Assembly (NCBI GenBank): GCA_021848065.1
Contig: JAJZNA010000014.1
Coordinates: 30,803 to 94,802, forward strand
Reading direction: 5' to 3'
DNA length: 64,000 nt
DNA from: Candidatus Micrarchaeota archaeon
GTDB taxonomy: Archaea; Micrarchaeota; Micrarchaeia; Micrarchaeales; CABMGC01
The stretch's first letter is position 1. The number at the start of each line of letters is the position of its first letter. The translations under genes and the position numbers were made by a program. Under the pieces are notes generated by a model. It saw only the letters and a list, made by a program, of their open reading frames with translations, searched no databases and was not told the DNA's origin. This document shows, one piece after another, positions 1 through 8,523 of this stretch.

Positions 1-1
1 T

Positions 2-160
2 GTTGTTGCCCCCCAGTACAACCCCTGGGTAGTGGACTGGTACGGCCTCGTTGCCGATATAGTCTTCTGGGCGATACTGGTGTGGATTGTGTCATACCTC
101 CTAACCATATCAAAGTCAGGGACTGCGCGTAAACCTGCAAAGAGGAAGTCGAGGCGTTAG
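2..160 (+). CDS. 3' end of a membrane protein gene (partial, runs off the left edge)
   Basis: Open frame from the window edge to TAG at 158-160. The tail ...WYGLVADIVFWAILVWIVSYLLTISKSGTARKPAKRKSRR is a hydrophobic helix followed by a basic tail. Too short for the ORF track. Confidence 0.3.
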   Translation, partial: VVAPQYNPWVVDWYGLVADIVFWAILVWIVSYLLTISKSGTARKPAKRKSRR

Positions 161-179
161 CGCTTCAGGGGCCTAAGAG

Positions 180-1082
180 TCACCGGCGCAAAGTCTTCGA
201 TGCGAATGACGATACTGCTTCTGCGACATCGGCCTCTGTGCCCTCGAACGAGTGCCCCGCCCCTTCTATCTCAGCGGCAGAGAATGAGACAGATCTGGAT
301 TTGACACGCAATATATCCAAGTACTTTTTCACAGGCATCAGCCTGAACTCTTCCTCAGTGCCGAATACTGCGAGTATCGGCGCCTTCACCTTACTGAACT
401 CGGCAAGCCTGCCCTCATAATCAAATATGCGTGCCTCAACCCTCTTCGGATCTATAACCGAGTCATATCTCTGCGCAGACATTCCGCGTGCGTAGGAAAG
501 TAAAGTATCTCCCTTCCGTTTCCTCATCATTCCCCTGCACTCTGCCAGTGACTTGGCGTACTTCTTGCCAAGGCTGCGCCTGTTCAGGTTATAGTCGTCG
601 CATGGGGCGAGAAGCGCCAGGCCCATTACTGCCCTGTCGCGCTTCCTGTACTGGTAATATGTCACCTTCTGGCATCCGGTGCTGTGGCCGCATAGAACAA
701 ACCTCTCAAATCCCATCCTACGCAGGCACCGTATGGCCCCCGAGATGTCATTGACGCTGTCTTCGAAGCGTTCAAAGTTTACTCCTATGCGCACCCTCTT
801 TCTCCTCCTTCCGGAGAACTTCCATGCAGAGGCTTCGCTGTCATGACCTCTGTTGTTGAAGGTGAAAAGCGCAGCCTTATTTCCAATGGCTTCGGCAATG
901 GCCATGGTTAGTCCGCTGATCATGCTGCCACCCATCCCGTGCAAGTAAACGATGCAGGTATCCGAAGCCTTAGACTCCCTGAAGAGTATCCCATCCAGCC
1001 TTACTCCGTCATCTGCAATAAACCTTACCGCCTTGCCGCATGTGCCAGTGCCAACCACGCGGTCGGGCAATCCAGAACGCAT
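180..1082 (-). CDS. alpha/beta-fold hydrolase
   Basis: 300-aa ORF with an HGMGG oxyanion-type motif and a nucleophile elbow GHSTG (G-x-S-x-G), at typical alpha/beta hydrolase spacing. Confidence 0.6.
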   Translation of the reverse strand: MRSGLPDRVVGTGTCGKAVRFIADDGVRLDGILFRESKASDTCIVYLHGMGGSMISGLTMAIAEAIGNKAALFTFNNRGHDSEASAWKFSGRRRKRVRIGVNFERFEDSVNDISGAIRCLRRMGFERFVLCGHSTGCQKVTYYQYRKRDRAVMGLALLAPCDDYNLNRRSLGKKYAKSLAECRGMMRKRKGDTLLSYARGMSAQRYDSVIDPKRVEARIFDYEGRLAEFSKVKAPILAVFGTEEEFRLMPVKKYLDILRVKSRSVSFSAAEIEGAGHSFEGTEADVAEAVSSFASKTLRR

Positions 1083-1118
1083 ATATAAATAATATGCAGC
1101 AAGACTTATTTACTAATA

Positions 1119-1193
1119 TGGGGCCTGTAACTCAGCTTGGCTAGAGTGGAAGGCTTTTAACCTTTAAGTCGAGGGTTCAAATCCCTCCAGGCC
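1119..1193 (+). tRNA. tRNA-Lys (anticodon UUU)
   Basis: Hand-folded cloverleaf. Acceptor GGGCCTG/CAGGCCC, D stem ACTC/GAGT, anticodon stem GAAGG/CCTTT with loop CTTTTAA, T arm GAGGG-TTCAAAT-CCCTC, discriminator G. Confidence 0.9.
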
Positions 1194-1212
1194 CGCTTCT
1201 GAAGGTAAAAAA

Positions 1213-2760
1213 ATGGAGAAAAAGTCAAAAGAGGAAATGAAGGGAAAGCACTGGATAGATGTCCTGCTTGACCAGCTTGTAGCGCAAAAGCAGCCGCCAT
1301 ACGTGATAACAGGCGGCATGACTACGAGCGGTCCGGCTCACTTCGGCACTATCTGCGAATTCATGTATCCTGCAGTGATAGAGGAGTCCCTCAAGCTAAG
1401 GGGCAAGGCAACAAAGTTCTATTTCTTCGGGGACATACTCGATGCCTTTGACGGTATACCTTTCGAGCTTCAGAAATATGCAGGCGAGCTCACCCCGGAA
1501 CTTGGAAAGCCCCTTGTCTACACAAAGGACGTCATGGGGTGCCACAGGTCTTATGGCGAGCACTACCTCGACCAGGCAAAGAAGCTCATGGCATGGCTAT
1601 CCCTGGAGATAGACGTGATACCTGCGAACGAGCTGTATGATACAGGCAAGATGGACACGTATGCGACTTTGTTCCTCAAGGAGGAGGACAAGGTAAAGGA
1701 GGTTGTGGCACGCACCTCCATGAAGAAGGTAGAGGACATGAAGGGCTGGAGCCCCATAATGCCTATCTGCGAGAAGTGCGGAAAGATAGCCACGACCGTG
1801 GTGACAGCGCACACCGATACCGAGTACGAGTACACCTGCAGCAAGGATGTAAAGTACACCAAGGGATGCGACTTCAAGGGCAAGGCAAAGCTATCTGACC
1901 ACAGGTACAAGCTGCAGTGGAGACTCCACTGGCCCGCATGGCAGGCGCTTTTCGATTCACGCATAGAAGGCAGCGGAATAGACCACATGACAAAGGGGGG
2001 AAGCGCAAACACTGCCGAGGCCATACACCGTGAGATACTGAAAAGGGAGCCGCCCATACTGTTCAAGTACGGATTCATACTTATCAACGGCAAGAAGTAT
2101 TCCAAGTCAAAGGGAATAGGCATGAGCGCGGCAGACCTCAGCAAGCTCATACCCCCAGAGCTGCTAAAGTACGCGCTTATAGAGCCCGACGTGCAGAGCA
2201 ACAAGGACATAGACCCTACTGGCGATAAGCTCATACTGCTATACGAGACAGTCGAGAAGACCGGCCGCCTATCCGAGCCAGAGTCCAGGGCCGATGAGAA
2301 GAGGATGGCTGCATTCCGGGTGGCCGTGAAAAAGCTCCCGTGGAAGTCATCCTTCGTAGACATTCTGCTCAATTACCAGATATACCGCGACTGGAATAAG
2401 GTCGCCGAGATCGTGAAGGATCCCGAAGGCGTAAAGTACCTCTCCCCATACATCTCCGAGTGGCTGGCAAAGGGATATGCCCCCGAGAGATACAATTTCA
2501 CCATAAAGCAGACAAAGGTGAAGACGTGCATCGCCGAGGTAAGGGCCTTCGCATCAAAGCTCAAGCCCGAGATGACAGACCTGGATGTGCATAACCTTGT
2601 ATACCAGACCGCGAGCGACACAAATCTTGATCCAAACGCCCTTTTCGCTGCATTGTACACTGCCCTGATAGGGAAGGAAAAAGGGCCAAGGATGGGCAAG
2701 CTGGTAGCCGCGCTGGGGCTGGAGAGGGTAAAGTCGATACTTTCATATGCAACAAGCTGA
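1213..2760 (+). CDS. lysK: class I lysyl-tRNA synthetase
   Basis: 515 aa. HIGH-type motif (GPAHFGT) near the N-terminus and KMSKS-type motif (KYSKSKG). Overall length and layout match archaeal class I LysRS. Confidence 0.85.
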   Translation: MEKKSKEEMKGKHWIDVLLDQLVAQKQPPYVITGGMTTSGPAHFGTICEFMYPAVIEESLKLRGKATKFYFFGDILDAFDGIPFELQKYAGELTPELGKPLVYTKDVMGCHRSYGEHYLDQAKKLMAWLSLEIDVIPANELYDTGKMDTYATLFLKEEDKVKEVVARTSMKKVEDMKGWSPIMPICEKCGKIATTVVTAHTDTEYEYTCSKDVKYTKGCDFKGKAKLSDHRYKLQWRLHWPAWQALFDSRIEGSGIDHMTKGGSANTAEAIHREILKREPPILFKYGFILINGKKYSKSKGIGMSAADLSKLIPPELLKYALIEPDVQSNKDIDPTGDKLILLYETVEKTGRLSEPESRADEKRMAAFRVAVKKLPWKSSFVDILLNYQIYRDWNKVAEIVKDPEGVKYLSPYISEWLAKGYAPERYNFTIKQTKVKTCIAEVRAFASKLKPEMTDLDVHNLVYQTASDTNLDPNALFAALYTALIGKEKGPRMGKLVAALGLERVKSILSYATS

Positions 2761-2818
2761 CTCTGGCTTTGTGCCGCTAAGAACTATCAGGCATTCACTG
2801 CCTTCATGCATGCACTTC

Positions 2819-3472
2819 TCAACAACCGGCATTTTCGAGCATAGACACTACCATCACCGAATCGCCCCTATTTCTGTCAAGGCCGAGCCTCAAAAATATC
2901 TCCCTCGTCCTTGCGTCTACCGAATCAAGGCGGTCTATGCCGTTTATGGCCTTCCCATAAGTGCCTCGGCCCACCATGGTCCTGGGGTCGTAGTCTTCCT
3001 GCCCAAGCATCTCTGCGATAGCTGCCCCAGCCATCACTGCTTCATGCGCAGGTTCCGCGTCCAGCTCTGGAAATACCCTTCCAAGGCCGCCTCTTAAGAC
3101 AACATTGCGCACTGCAGCCATCATCGCAGGGTTCTGCGTTCTCAGCACCATTGCATAAGGTGTCGTCTCCTCAATTGCGCTGCGCGCAGATAGGGAGAAG
3201 AACCCTTTACCTTGTTTGTTTACATCCAGCACAGTGCCTCCAAGATACAGTATCCCTGACTTACCTCCAAATGTTGCAGTAATAGCCATGGTATACGCTG
3301 CGAATCCTATCAGCCCGCTCTGGTCTGTCATGAGGTGCAGCATGTCCGTGCCCTGTACATGGTCCTTCACATCGTCCGGATCCATCTCGCTGCCGAATCC
3401 GCGCACGGATATCTGCACAAGGGCATCTAGTACGTCGTTACCAAGCCTTCCCGGTTCGCTAACCCTATACAC
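2819..3472 (-). CDS. GNAT-like acetyltransferase-fold protein (weak)
   Basis: 217-aa ORF opening with GTG. It has a Q/R-x-x-G-x-G/A-like segment (KQGKGFF) after a beta-strand-rich region. No stronger signature found. Confidence 0.4.
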   Translation of the reverse strand: MYRVSEPGRLGNDVLDALVQISVRGFGSEMDPDDVKDHVQGTDMLHLMTDQSGLIGFAAYTMAITATFGGKSGILYLGGTVLDVNKQGKGFFSLSARSAIEETTPYAMVLRTQNPAMMAAVRNVVLRGGLGRVFPELDAEPAHEAVMAGAAIAEMLGQEDYDPRTMVGRGTYGKAINGIDRLDSVDARTREIFLRLGLDRNRGDSVMVVSMLENAGC

Positions 3473-3589
3473 TCTTGCTCCGGATCTCTCCCTAACGAGC
3501 TCAGCGAGCTCTGCTATTCGCGTCTCTGCAACTGTCTTGCCACCGTATATGCATTCCTCCTACCATATTCTCACCAATTAGCACAAATT

Positions 3590-3627
3590 CATGATACCTG
3601 AAATATTTCATGATACCTGAAATATTT
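3590..3627. repeat. perfect tandem duplication, 2 x 19 bp (catgatacctgaaatattt)
   Basis: Units at 3590-3608 and 3609-3627 are identical, in the intergenic region upstream of the 2819-3472 gene. Confidence 0.85.
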
Positions 3628-3772
3628 CCGTCCACTAGAAAAGTAGCTGCGTAGACTAACGTCAGGCGCCCATCCTGCCCGAATTCCCTACTGCATGTGT
3701 CCATTGGAACGGCATCACATCAACTTCAATGTCTCTGGGTATCCATGATATATATGCCTTTCCTGCAACTCG

Positions 3773-3781
3773 GCTTTGCTC
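3773..3781. repeat. left copy of 9-bp target-site duplication (ctgcaactc)
   Basis: Identical 9-mer at 8501-8509. Each copy directly abuts a terminal inverted repeat. Confidence 0.7.
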
Positions 3782-3912
3782 ATAAATACTACTCATAAAT
3801 TGAATATATGAGCATATATGGCAATTTGTGAGCAGGCATTAAGGGCAAAGGCAGAATACCTTTTAATACCTTGCTAAACCAGTAATATTGTAAGCTATTT
3901 GCATAGCTTATC

Positions 3913-4302
3913 TTGTGTTGGTATGGCAACAATAAGACATGGGATAAAGTTTATAGGATTTTCCCTTCCATATATACTACCTGCCCAATCATTTATTCGG
4001 TGCTTAATTTGAAGTTGACTATTGAACCAGTTAGTGCTAAGAAGAGGATAATTACAGAAGGTATTGATTTAGAAGCCTTTGATTGGAAAAAACTACAAGA
4101 AATGTTGAAGAAAGAAAAAATCACCTCTGAATTAATCTTGTCTATAATGCTTGTTAAATCGGATAGTGGGAAGCCAATTCCAATTCAATTTAGTTATCAA
4201 AGCTCTAAAGATAAAGAGCAGAAAAAACTGACCATACTATTATCGGAAGACTGTGATGAAGATGTTACTGCCAAGTTAGCAGGGGCATTAGAAAAAATGT
4301 GA
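3913..4302 (+). CDS. hypothetical protein (transposon cargo)
   Basis: 129-aa ORF opening with TTG. Lys/Glu-rich with no recognisable motif. The true start is uncertain. Confidence 0.3.
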   Translation: MCWYGNNKTWDKVYRIFPSIYTTCPIIYSVLNLKLTIEPVSAKKRIITEGIDLEAFDWKKLQEMLKKEKITSELILSIMLVKSDSGKPIPIQFSYQSSKDKEQKKLTILLSEDCDEDVTAKLAGALEKM

Positions 4303-4306
4303 TTAT

Positions 4307-4639
4307 ATGCCTAAAATAGAATACACAGAAGAAGATTTGCAGCGCATTGTTGATTCAGCGATAACACAGAACACTACGATAAAGCATATGGATTCTAATA
4401 TAGTTTATCTTGTCGAGTATAAAAAGTCAGTTGAAAGTTCCTTTATCATATCTATTATAGCTGGATTTTTAGCATCTGCTGGTTTAACGTATGCTCTAAT
4501 AAATCATGACGTAAACTTGCTATTCTTATCAACTGCACTATTAGCACCAGCAATAGTAGCACTATATAGAGCATATAGTGAATTCAGGTCAATTTCTTTG
4601 AACGGAGGAGTATTTAATGCCAACAACCTCAAGGTTTAG
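4307..4639 (+). CDS. small membrane protein (transposon cargo)
   Basis: 110 aa with two hydrophobic helices (SFIISIIAGFLASAGLTYALI, LLFLSTALLAPAIVALY). Starts 5 nt after the previous ORF. Confidence 0.4.
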   Translation: MPKIEYTEEDLQRIVDSAITQNTTIKHMDSNIVYLVEYKKSVESSFIISIIAGFLASAGLTYALINHDVNLLFLSTALLAPAIVALYRAYSEFRSISLNGGVFNANNLKV

Positions 4640-4892
4640 TGCTGATTGGTTTTTAGGCTTATTGAGGGGGCTTTTCAACATAATTAATGACCATATATTG
4701 AAAGCAGAATACAAATCTGATGCTGGCAAAATTAACATAGCAGTTGTAGTATTAGGTTTTGCAGGGATATTTTTTGTTGGATTAAAAGTTGACTATTGGT
4801 TTTTTGGTTCTTTAGCGTGTGTTTTATTTTGTACTATGGCAAGAACAGAACACGTTGATAATAACGGCAAAAGGCGCATAATTAATACCTAA
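4617..4892 (+). CDS. small membrane protein (transposon cargo)
   Basis: 91 aa with hydrophobic helices (INIAVVVLGFAGIFFVGL, FFGSLACVLFC). Overlaps the previous ORF. Confidence 0.35.
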   Translation: MPTTSRFSADWFLGLLRGLFNIINDHILKAEYKSDAGKINIAVVVLGFAGIFFVGLKVDYWFFGSLACVLFCTMARTEHVDNNGKRRIINT

Positions 4893-6109
4893 GCACTTAA
4901 TGTGATTAAGTTAACCGCTATTCCTAATTCATAAATAGAACCTATCAATACGGTAATGTTATAAGCTATTAGTTTACATAGAAGCTCATTTGTCTGCGAT
5001 ACTAAGTTCTTGTTCTTTAAGCAGTCTCCAAACTTCATCTTGATAGCCATATTCGTAGTTTCTACGTTACTCCTCTTGTGGTAATGCTCCATAAACTCAT
5101 CTCTACACATCTGATAATAGTAGAACATTTTGTTCCATACTCTACCTCCGTGAGAATGTTGGCTTGCATTACTCTTGAAAGGTATGTATGCTATGCCTCC
5201 GTTCTCAGCAATAGCATCAAGGTTGGCTCTTGACGAGTAAGCCTTATCCGCACTTACCTCTTGCATATTGAAGCCAAGATTACGAGTAGCATCAGTAAGA
5301 GGTATGAACTTGGGGCTATCTGCTCCATTCTCATCAGTTATCTCAACGGCACTAACGATATTGGTCTTTACTCCAACGCATAGGTGAGCCTTTATCCAGC
5401 TATGTTCTCTTTTGGTATTATGCTTCTCCTTGCAGTATTGAGTGAACTGAGTAGTTCTAAAACCTGTGCTATCTACTGCGAATTGGCTCTCTACTGACTT
5501 GAGAGGCATAGCTGTAATCTGCAATAGCCTATACAATATTGGTCTTATCTCTGCATCATTCAAGAGTATGTTTATTACGTTGTAGTTAGGTGCTTTGCTT
5601 ATCTGTTGCTTCTTCACATCTTCAAGATACAGTGAGTATGCCCGTCTGCTTGATTGCATACTGTAAACCTTCTCTATTGCGCAGAATAGGGCTTCTTTTA
5701 GCGGAACTCTCGGTCTCCCTGCTCCTATTCGTATAGGCTCTTCTACGTTCTCTACCAAGTCCTTTAGAAGCTCCCTGAATAGCTTGCCTTCTTGATTCTG
5801 AGCCAAAGTGTAGTTATGCCAATCCTGAACATAAACCTTTTTTGTCTCGGTAATGGTTACGTTGCCCTTGCTGTCTATGGTCTTTGAGACGGTTATCTCA
5901 ACTGCGAAAATATGTTTGCATTTCATCTGTCTTTCAGTATTATCTGGGCAAGTGCATTTTGACGCTCCAAGACCTAATACTACTTCATAGTATCTATTGC
6001 TACTCTGTGAAGGCACTATCCATTTCCTGCCTTCCATCTTTACCCTGCCCAACTTCGCTATTTCTTGACCTTTTTGTCTCCTTATTTGTATTTGTTTTTG
6101 TAGTTCCAT
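4889..6109 (-). CDS. IS4/IS5-superfamily DDE transposase with N-terminal SWIM-type zinc finger
   Basis: 406 aa. C-x-C-x9-C-x-H (CTCPDNTERQMKCKH) is a SWIM signature. DDE candidates are AVDSTGF, SADKAYSS and RSNVETTNMAIKMKFG (DDE_Tnp_1-like). Confidence 0.75.
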   Translation of the reverse strand: MELQKQIQIRRQKGQEIAKLGRVKMEGRKWIVPSQSSNRYYEVVLGLGASKCTCPDNTERQMKCKHIFAVEITVSKTIDSKGNVTITETKKVYVQDWHNYTLAQNQEGKLFRELLKDLVENVEEPIRIGAGRPRVPLKEALFCAIEKVYSMQSSRRAYSLYLEDVKKQQISKAPNYNVINILLNDAEIRPILYRLLQITAMPLKSVESQFAVDSTGFRTTQFTQYCKEKHNTKREHSWIKAHLCVGVKTNIVSAVEITDENGADSPKFIPLTDATRNLGFNMQEVSADKAYSSRANLDAIAENGGIAYIPFKSNASQHSHGGRVWNKMFYYYQMCRDEFMEHYHKRSNVETTNMAIKMKFGDCLKNKNLVSQTNELLCKLIAYNITVLIGSIYELGIAVNLITLSA

Positions 6110-6142
6110 ACAATCACGTTCCTCTACATATACTATATACTT

Positions 6143-6160
6143 ATAGGTATATATACCTAT
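6143..6160. repeat. perfect 18-bp palindrome ATAGGTATATATACCTAT
   Basis: Self-complementary. Lies 34 nt upstream of the transposase start, in the divergent region shared with the zinc-ribbon ORF. Confidence 0.85.
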
Positions 6161-6278
6161 CAGTATAGTCTACTGATTCTCATGACTTACAGGAAGGTTT
6201 ATATACCTTAAAGGGATTACTATAAAGGATACTTATAAAGGATGTATCAACGAAAAGGATATAAAGAGTGGTTTTGAA

Positions 6279-6467
6279 ATGTCTAATATGGTAAAGTGTC
6301 CTCACTGCGGATTTGTATTTCATAATGAATTACAATGCACACGTTGCGGGCATAAATGGACTCCAAGAACAGATGAATTGCCAACAGTATGTCCTAATCC
6401 TAAATGCAAAAGTCCATATTGGAATAAACCAAGAATAAAGGGCAAAAATGGGAAGGCGAAGAAATGA
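6279..6467 (+). CDS. double zinc-ribbon small protein
   Basis: 62 aa with CPHCG...CTRCGHKW...CPNPKCKSPYW (four Cys pairs) and a Lys-rich tail. Sits just upstream of the methyltransferase. Confidence 0.55.
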   Translation: MSNMVKCPHCGFVFHNELQCTRCGHKWTPRTDELPTVCPNPKCKSPYWNKPRIKGKNGKAKK

Positions 6468-6603
6468 TGGAAAGCTATATAATTTTTAACTGCATTAACT
6501 CTATTACTAAAGTTGCGGATAAGCTTCGCCATACAAATAGCTTCTGTTTCTCAGGTGATGGAAGATTTTTGTTAGCCTTAGCTTTGAGCAAATTGGTGTT
6601 ATT

Positions 6604-7536
6604 ATGAGTAAAAAAGATTCTGATTCAATACCTTTCGTGAACAAAGTCGTTCAAGGAGACTGCATAGAAATCATGCAGAAACTCCCTGCGAAATCAATAA
6701 ATTTAACAATAGCAGACCCACCATATTTCAAGACTATAAATGAAGAGTGGGATTTCAAGTGGAGGACGGAGGAGGACTATTTGTGGTGGACGGATAAATG
6801 GATGAAAGAACTTGCAAGAGTGGTAAAAACAAATTCATCATTCTGGCTGTTTGGCTACATCAAAATCCTATCCAAAATATTACCGATAGCGGAGAAGCAC
6901 GGCTTTGTATTTAGACAGCAGATAGTAGTAGATAAGGGCATGAGGTCAATAAGCGGTAGAAAGACAAGCACCTATAAGATGTTCCCGACTACCACAGAGA
7001 GCATATTCTTCTTCATCAAGAATAACCAACCTAATATCAAGAAGTTCCTTAAGGAGAAACAGAATGAAATCGGTCTCACTGCGAAGGATATAAATGAACG
7101 TCTCGGAGTCAAGACTAATGGCGGTGGCGTATGGTCACTATATACTGGAGAGAATATCTTAGCACAGATACCGACAAGAGAGATGTGGGATAAGTTGCAG
7201 GAAGTTCTGAAGTTCAAGATGGATTACTCAGAAGTCAATTTCACATTTAATACACAGATGGGCTTTAGTGACGTGTGGACAGACATAGATTTCTATGAAG
7301 AAGAAAGAGAGCATTCCACACAGAAACCACAGAAGCTAATAGAACGACTTATGCGTGCAAGCTCTAATGAGGGAGATTTAGTGTTAGACCCATTCTTAGG
7401 TAGTGGGACAACGGCAGTAGTCTCCGAAAGGCTCAAGAGGGACTTCATAGGCATTGAGATTGACAAGTCCTATTGCAAGTCAGCAGAGCAACGACTAAAA
7501 AAGGAACGCATGCAGAAATCATTATCTACTGTCTGA
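6604..7536 (+). CDS. beta-class N6-adenine/N4-cytosine DNA methyltransferase (N6_N4_Mtase family)
   Basis: 310 aa. Catalytic motif IV DPPY (IADPPYF) is N-terminal and AdoMet motif I (DPFLGSGTTAVV) is C-terminal, giving the beta-class order. Confidence 0.85.
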   Translation: MSKKDSDSIPFVNKVVQGDCIEIMQKLPAKSINLTIADPPYFKTINEEWDFKWRTEEDYLWWTDKWMKELARVVKTNSSFWLFGYIKILSKILPIAEKHGFVFRQQIVVDKGMRSISGRKTSTYKMFPTTTESIFFFIKNNQPNIKKFLKEKQNEIGLTAKDINERLGVKTNGGGVWSLYTGENILAQIPTREMWDKLQEVLKFKMDYSEVNFTFNTQMGFSDVWTDIDFYEEEREHSTQKPQKLIERLMRASSNEGDLVLDPFLGSGTTAVVSERLKRDFIGIEIDKSYCKSAEQRLKKERMQKSLSTV

Positions 7537-8401
7537 TGTATTTCTCCTTATATTTCTTGAGAATCTTCTTTCGCATGGTAAGTTTGCTGAAGTCCTTGTC
7601 TGGTATTATTGGATGAACCTTTACTATCTCTGCTTTGCTTAGACCCTTTACCTCATCTCCAAATATCTCAACCAACTTTTCTGTGCTTAATAGATGGGAT
7701 GGCATAGGCTCATCCTTCGGCTTCTTAAGGTTCCAAAAGCTTATCTTGACATCGTGTTCCTGAAGTAACGCCTCAAATATCAGTTGTGGTTGCATCATCA
7801 TAAAATCATATTTAAGCGGATGGAGATTGCATGGTGCGGGCTTCTCGTTTTTTGATGTCTTGAGCTTGAAGTTGTTTTCATAATAATCAGTGAAGAACCC
7901 TCTAACATAGCTCTGCTTCGGACTTACTGTCCATGCTCTAATCCTGACATCAGTCTTATCCATGTCTGGTTTGTCAAAAAGAATGAATATTATTCGTGGA
8001 ACCTTGTTAAGCAGCAAATTCAACTCGTCGTCAGACCTTATTGGGAATATCCAGTGAGAGCTTGTGTCCTTCCTTATGTCATCTGAACCACAAAGAGGAC
8101 AGACTTTCTGCCACTCCAAGACATTAGCTCCACAATTGCCACAGGATTGTAGCTGGTCTGCTCTACTGCAAGACTTGACTTCTGAACTGTCAGCCAAGTC
8201 ATCTCCTCTGGCTGCACTCCCCTTTCCCTTTACTTTGGTGATAAGAGATGCAAGATGCTGACTTGGATATGCAAACTTGCCCTGAGCAGTCTGATTGGTT
8301 ATTTTAGACCACTTGACTATTGCCTTCTTAGGATTTATGTAAAGGTCAAGAATACACTCCTTTATCATAGCTTCGTCTGAAGCAAGCCCAACATCCGCCA
8401 T
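7526..8401 (-). CDS. putative type II restriction endonuclease (partner of the methyltransferase)
   Basis: 291 aa, convergent with and overlapping the MTase 3' end by 11 nt. Candidate PD-(D/E)xK core (GDDL...SEVKS) is followed by an inserted zinc ribbon (CGNCG...CPLCG). The assignment rests on context plus this motif only. Confidence 0.45.
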   Translation of the reverse strand: MADVGLASDEAMIKECILDLYINPKKAIVKWSKITNQTAQGKFAYPSQHLASLITKVKGKGSAARGDDLADSSEVKSCSRADQLQSCGNCGANVLEWQKVCPLCGSDDIRKDTSSHWIFPIRSDDELNLLLNKVPRIIFILFDKPDMDKTDVRIRAWTVSPKQSYVRGFFTDYYENNFKLKTSKNEKPAPCNLHPLKYDFMMMQPQLIFEALLQEHDVKISFWNLKKPKDEPMPSHLLSTEKLVEIFGDEVKGLSKAEIVKVHPIIPDKDFSKLTMRKKILKKYKEKYIRQ

Positions 8402-8500
8402 ATTATAAAATCAGATGAAAAAGGATAAAAACCCAGTCTGAAGTGAATTTATTAGCAAGATAGCGAATTTATTAGCAGAAAGGGATAAATTAGCAAAGCC

Positions 8501-8509
8501 CTGCAACTC
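8501..8509. repeat. right copy of 9-bp target-site duplication (ctgcaactc)
   Basis: Identical to 3773-3781 and abuts the right terminal inverted repeat. Confidence 0.7.
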
Positions 8510-8523
8510 TTCTTGCAGGCGCT

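Larger units (their letters stand above)
3782..8500. mobile_element. 4.7-kb transposon carrying a DDE transposase, small membrane ORFs, a zinc-ribbon ORF and a type II R-M pair
   Basis: Perfect 9-bp terminal inverted repeats: ggctttgct at 3782-3790 and agcaaagcc at 8492-8500. They are flanked by identical 9-bp direct repeats ctgcaactc. Subterminal CT(C/A)ATAAAT motifs occur twice at the left end (3789-3797, 3802-3810) and, inverted, two to three times at the right end (8445-8457, 8465-8477, 8484-8495). The interior is visibly more AT-rich than the flanks. Confidence 0.65.

Noticed and set aside
1563-2372. 269-aa minus-strand ORF inside lysK
   Set aside because: It is antisense to a gene with clear class I LysRS motifs, and its Ser-rich composition is typical of shadow ORFs.
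8445-8495. Closely spaced direct repeats gaatttattagca / gaatttattagca / gataaattagca, considered as a mini-CRISPR or iteron array
   Set aside because: There are only two to three copies with irregular spacing. They mirror the CT(C/A)ATAAAT motifs at the other transposon end, so they are better explained as subterminal transposase-binding repeats. No CRISPR-like array was seen anywhere in the window.
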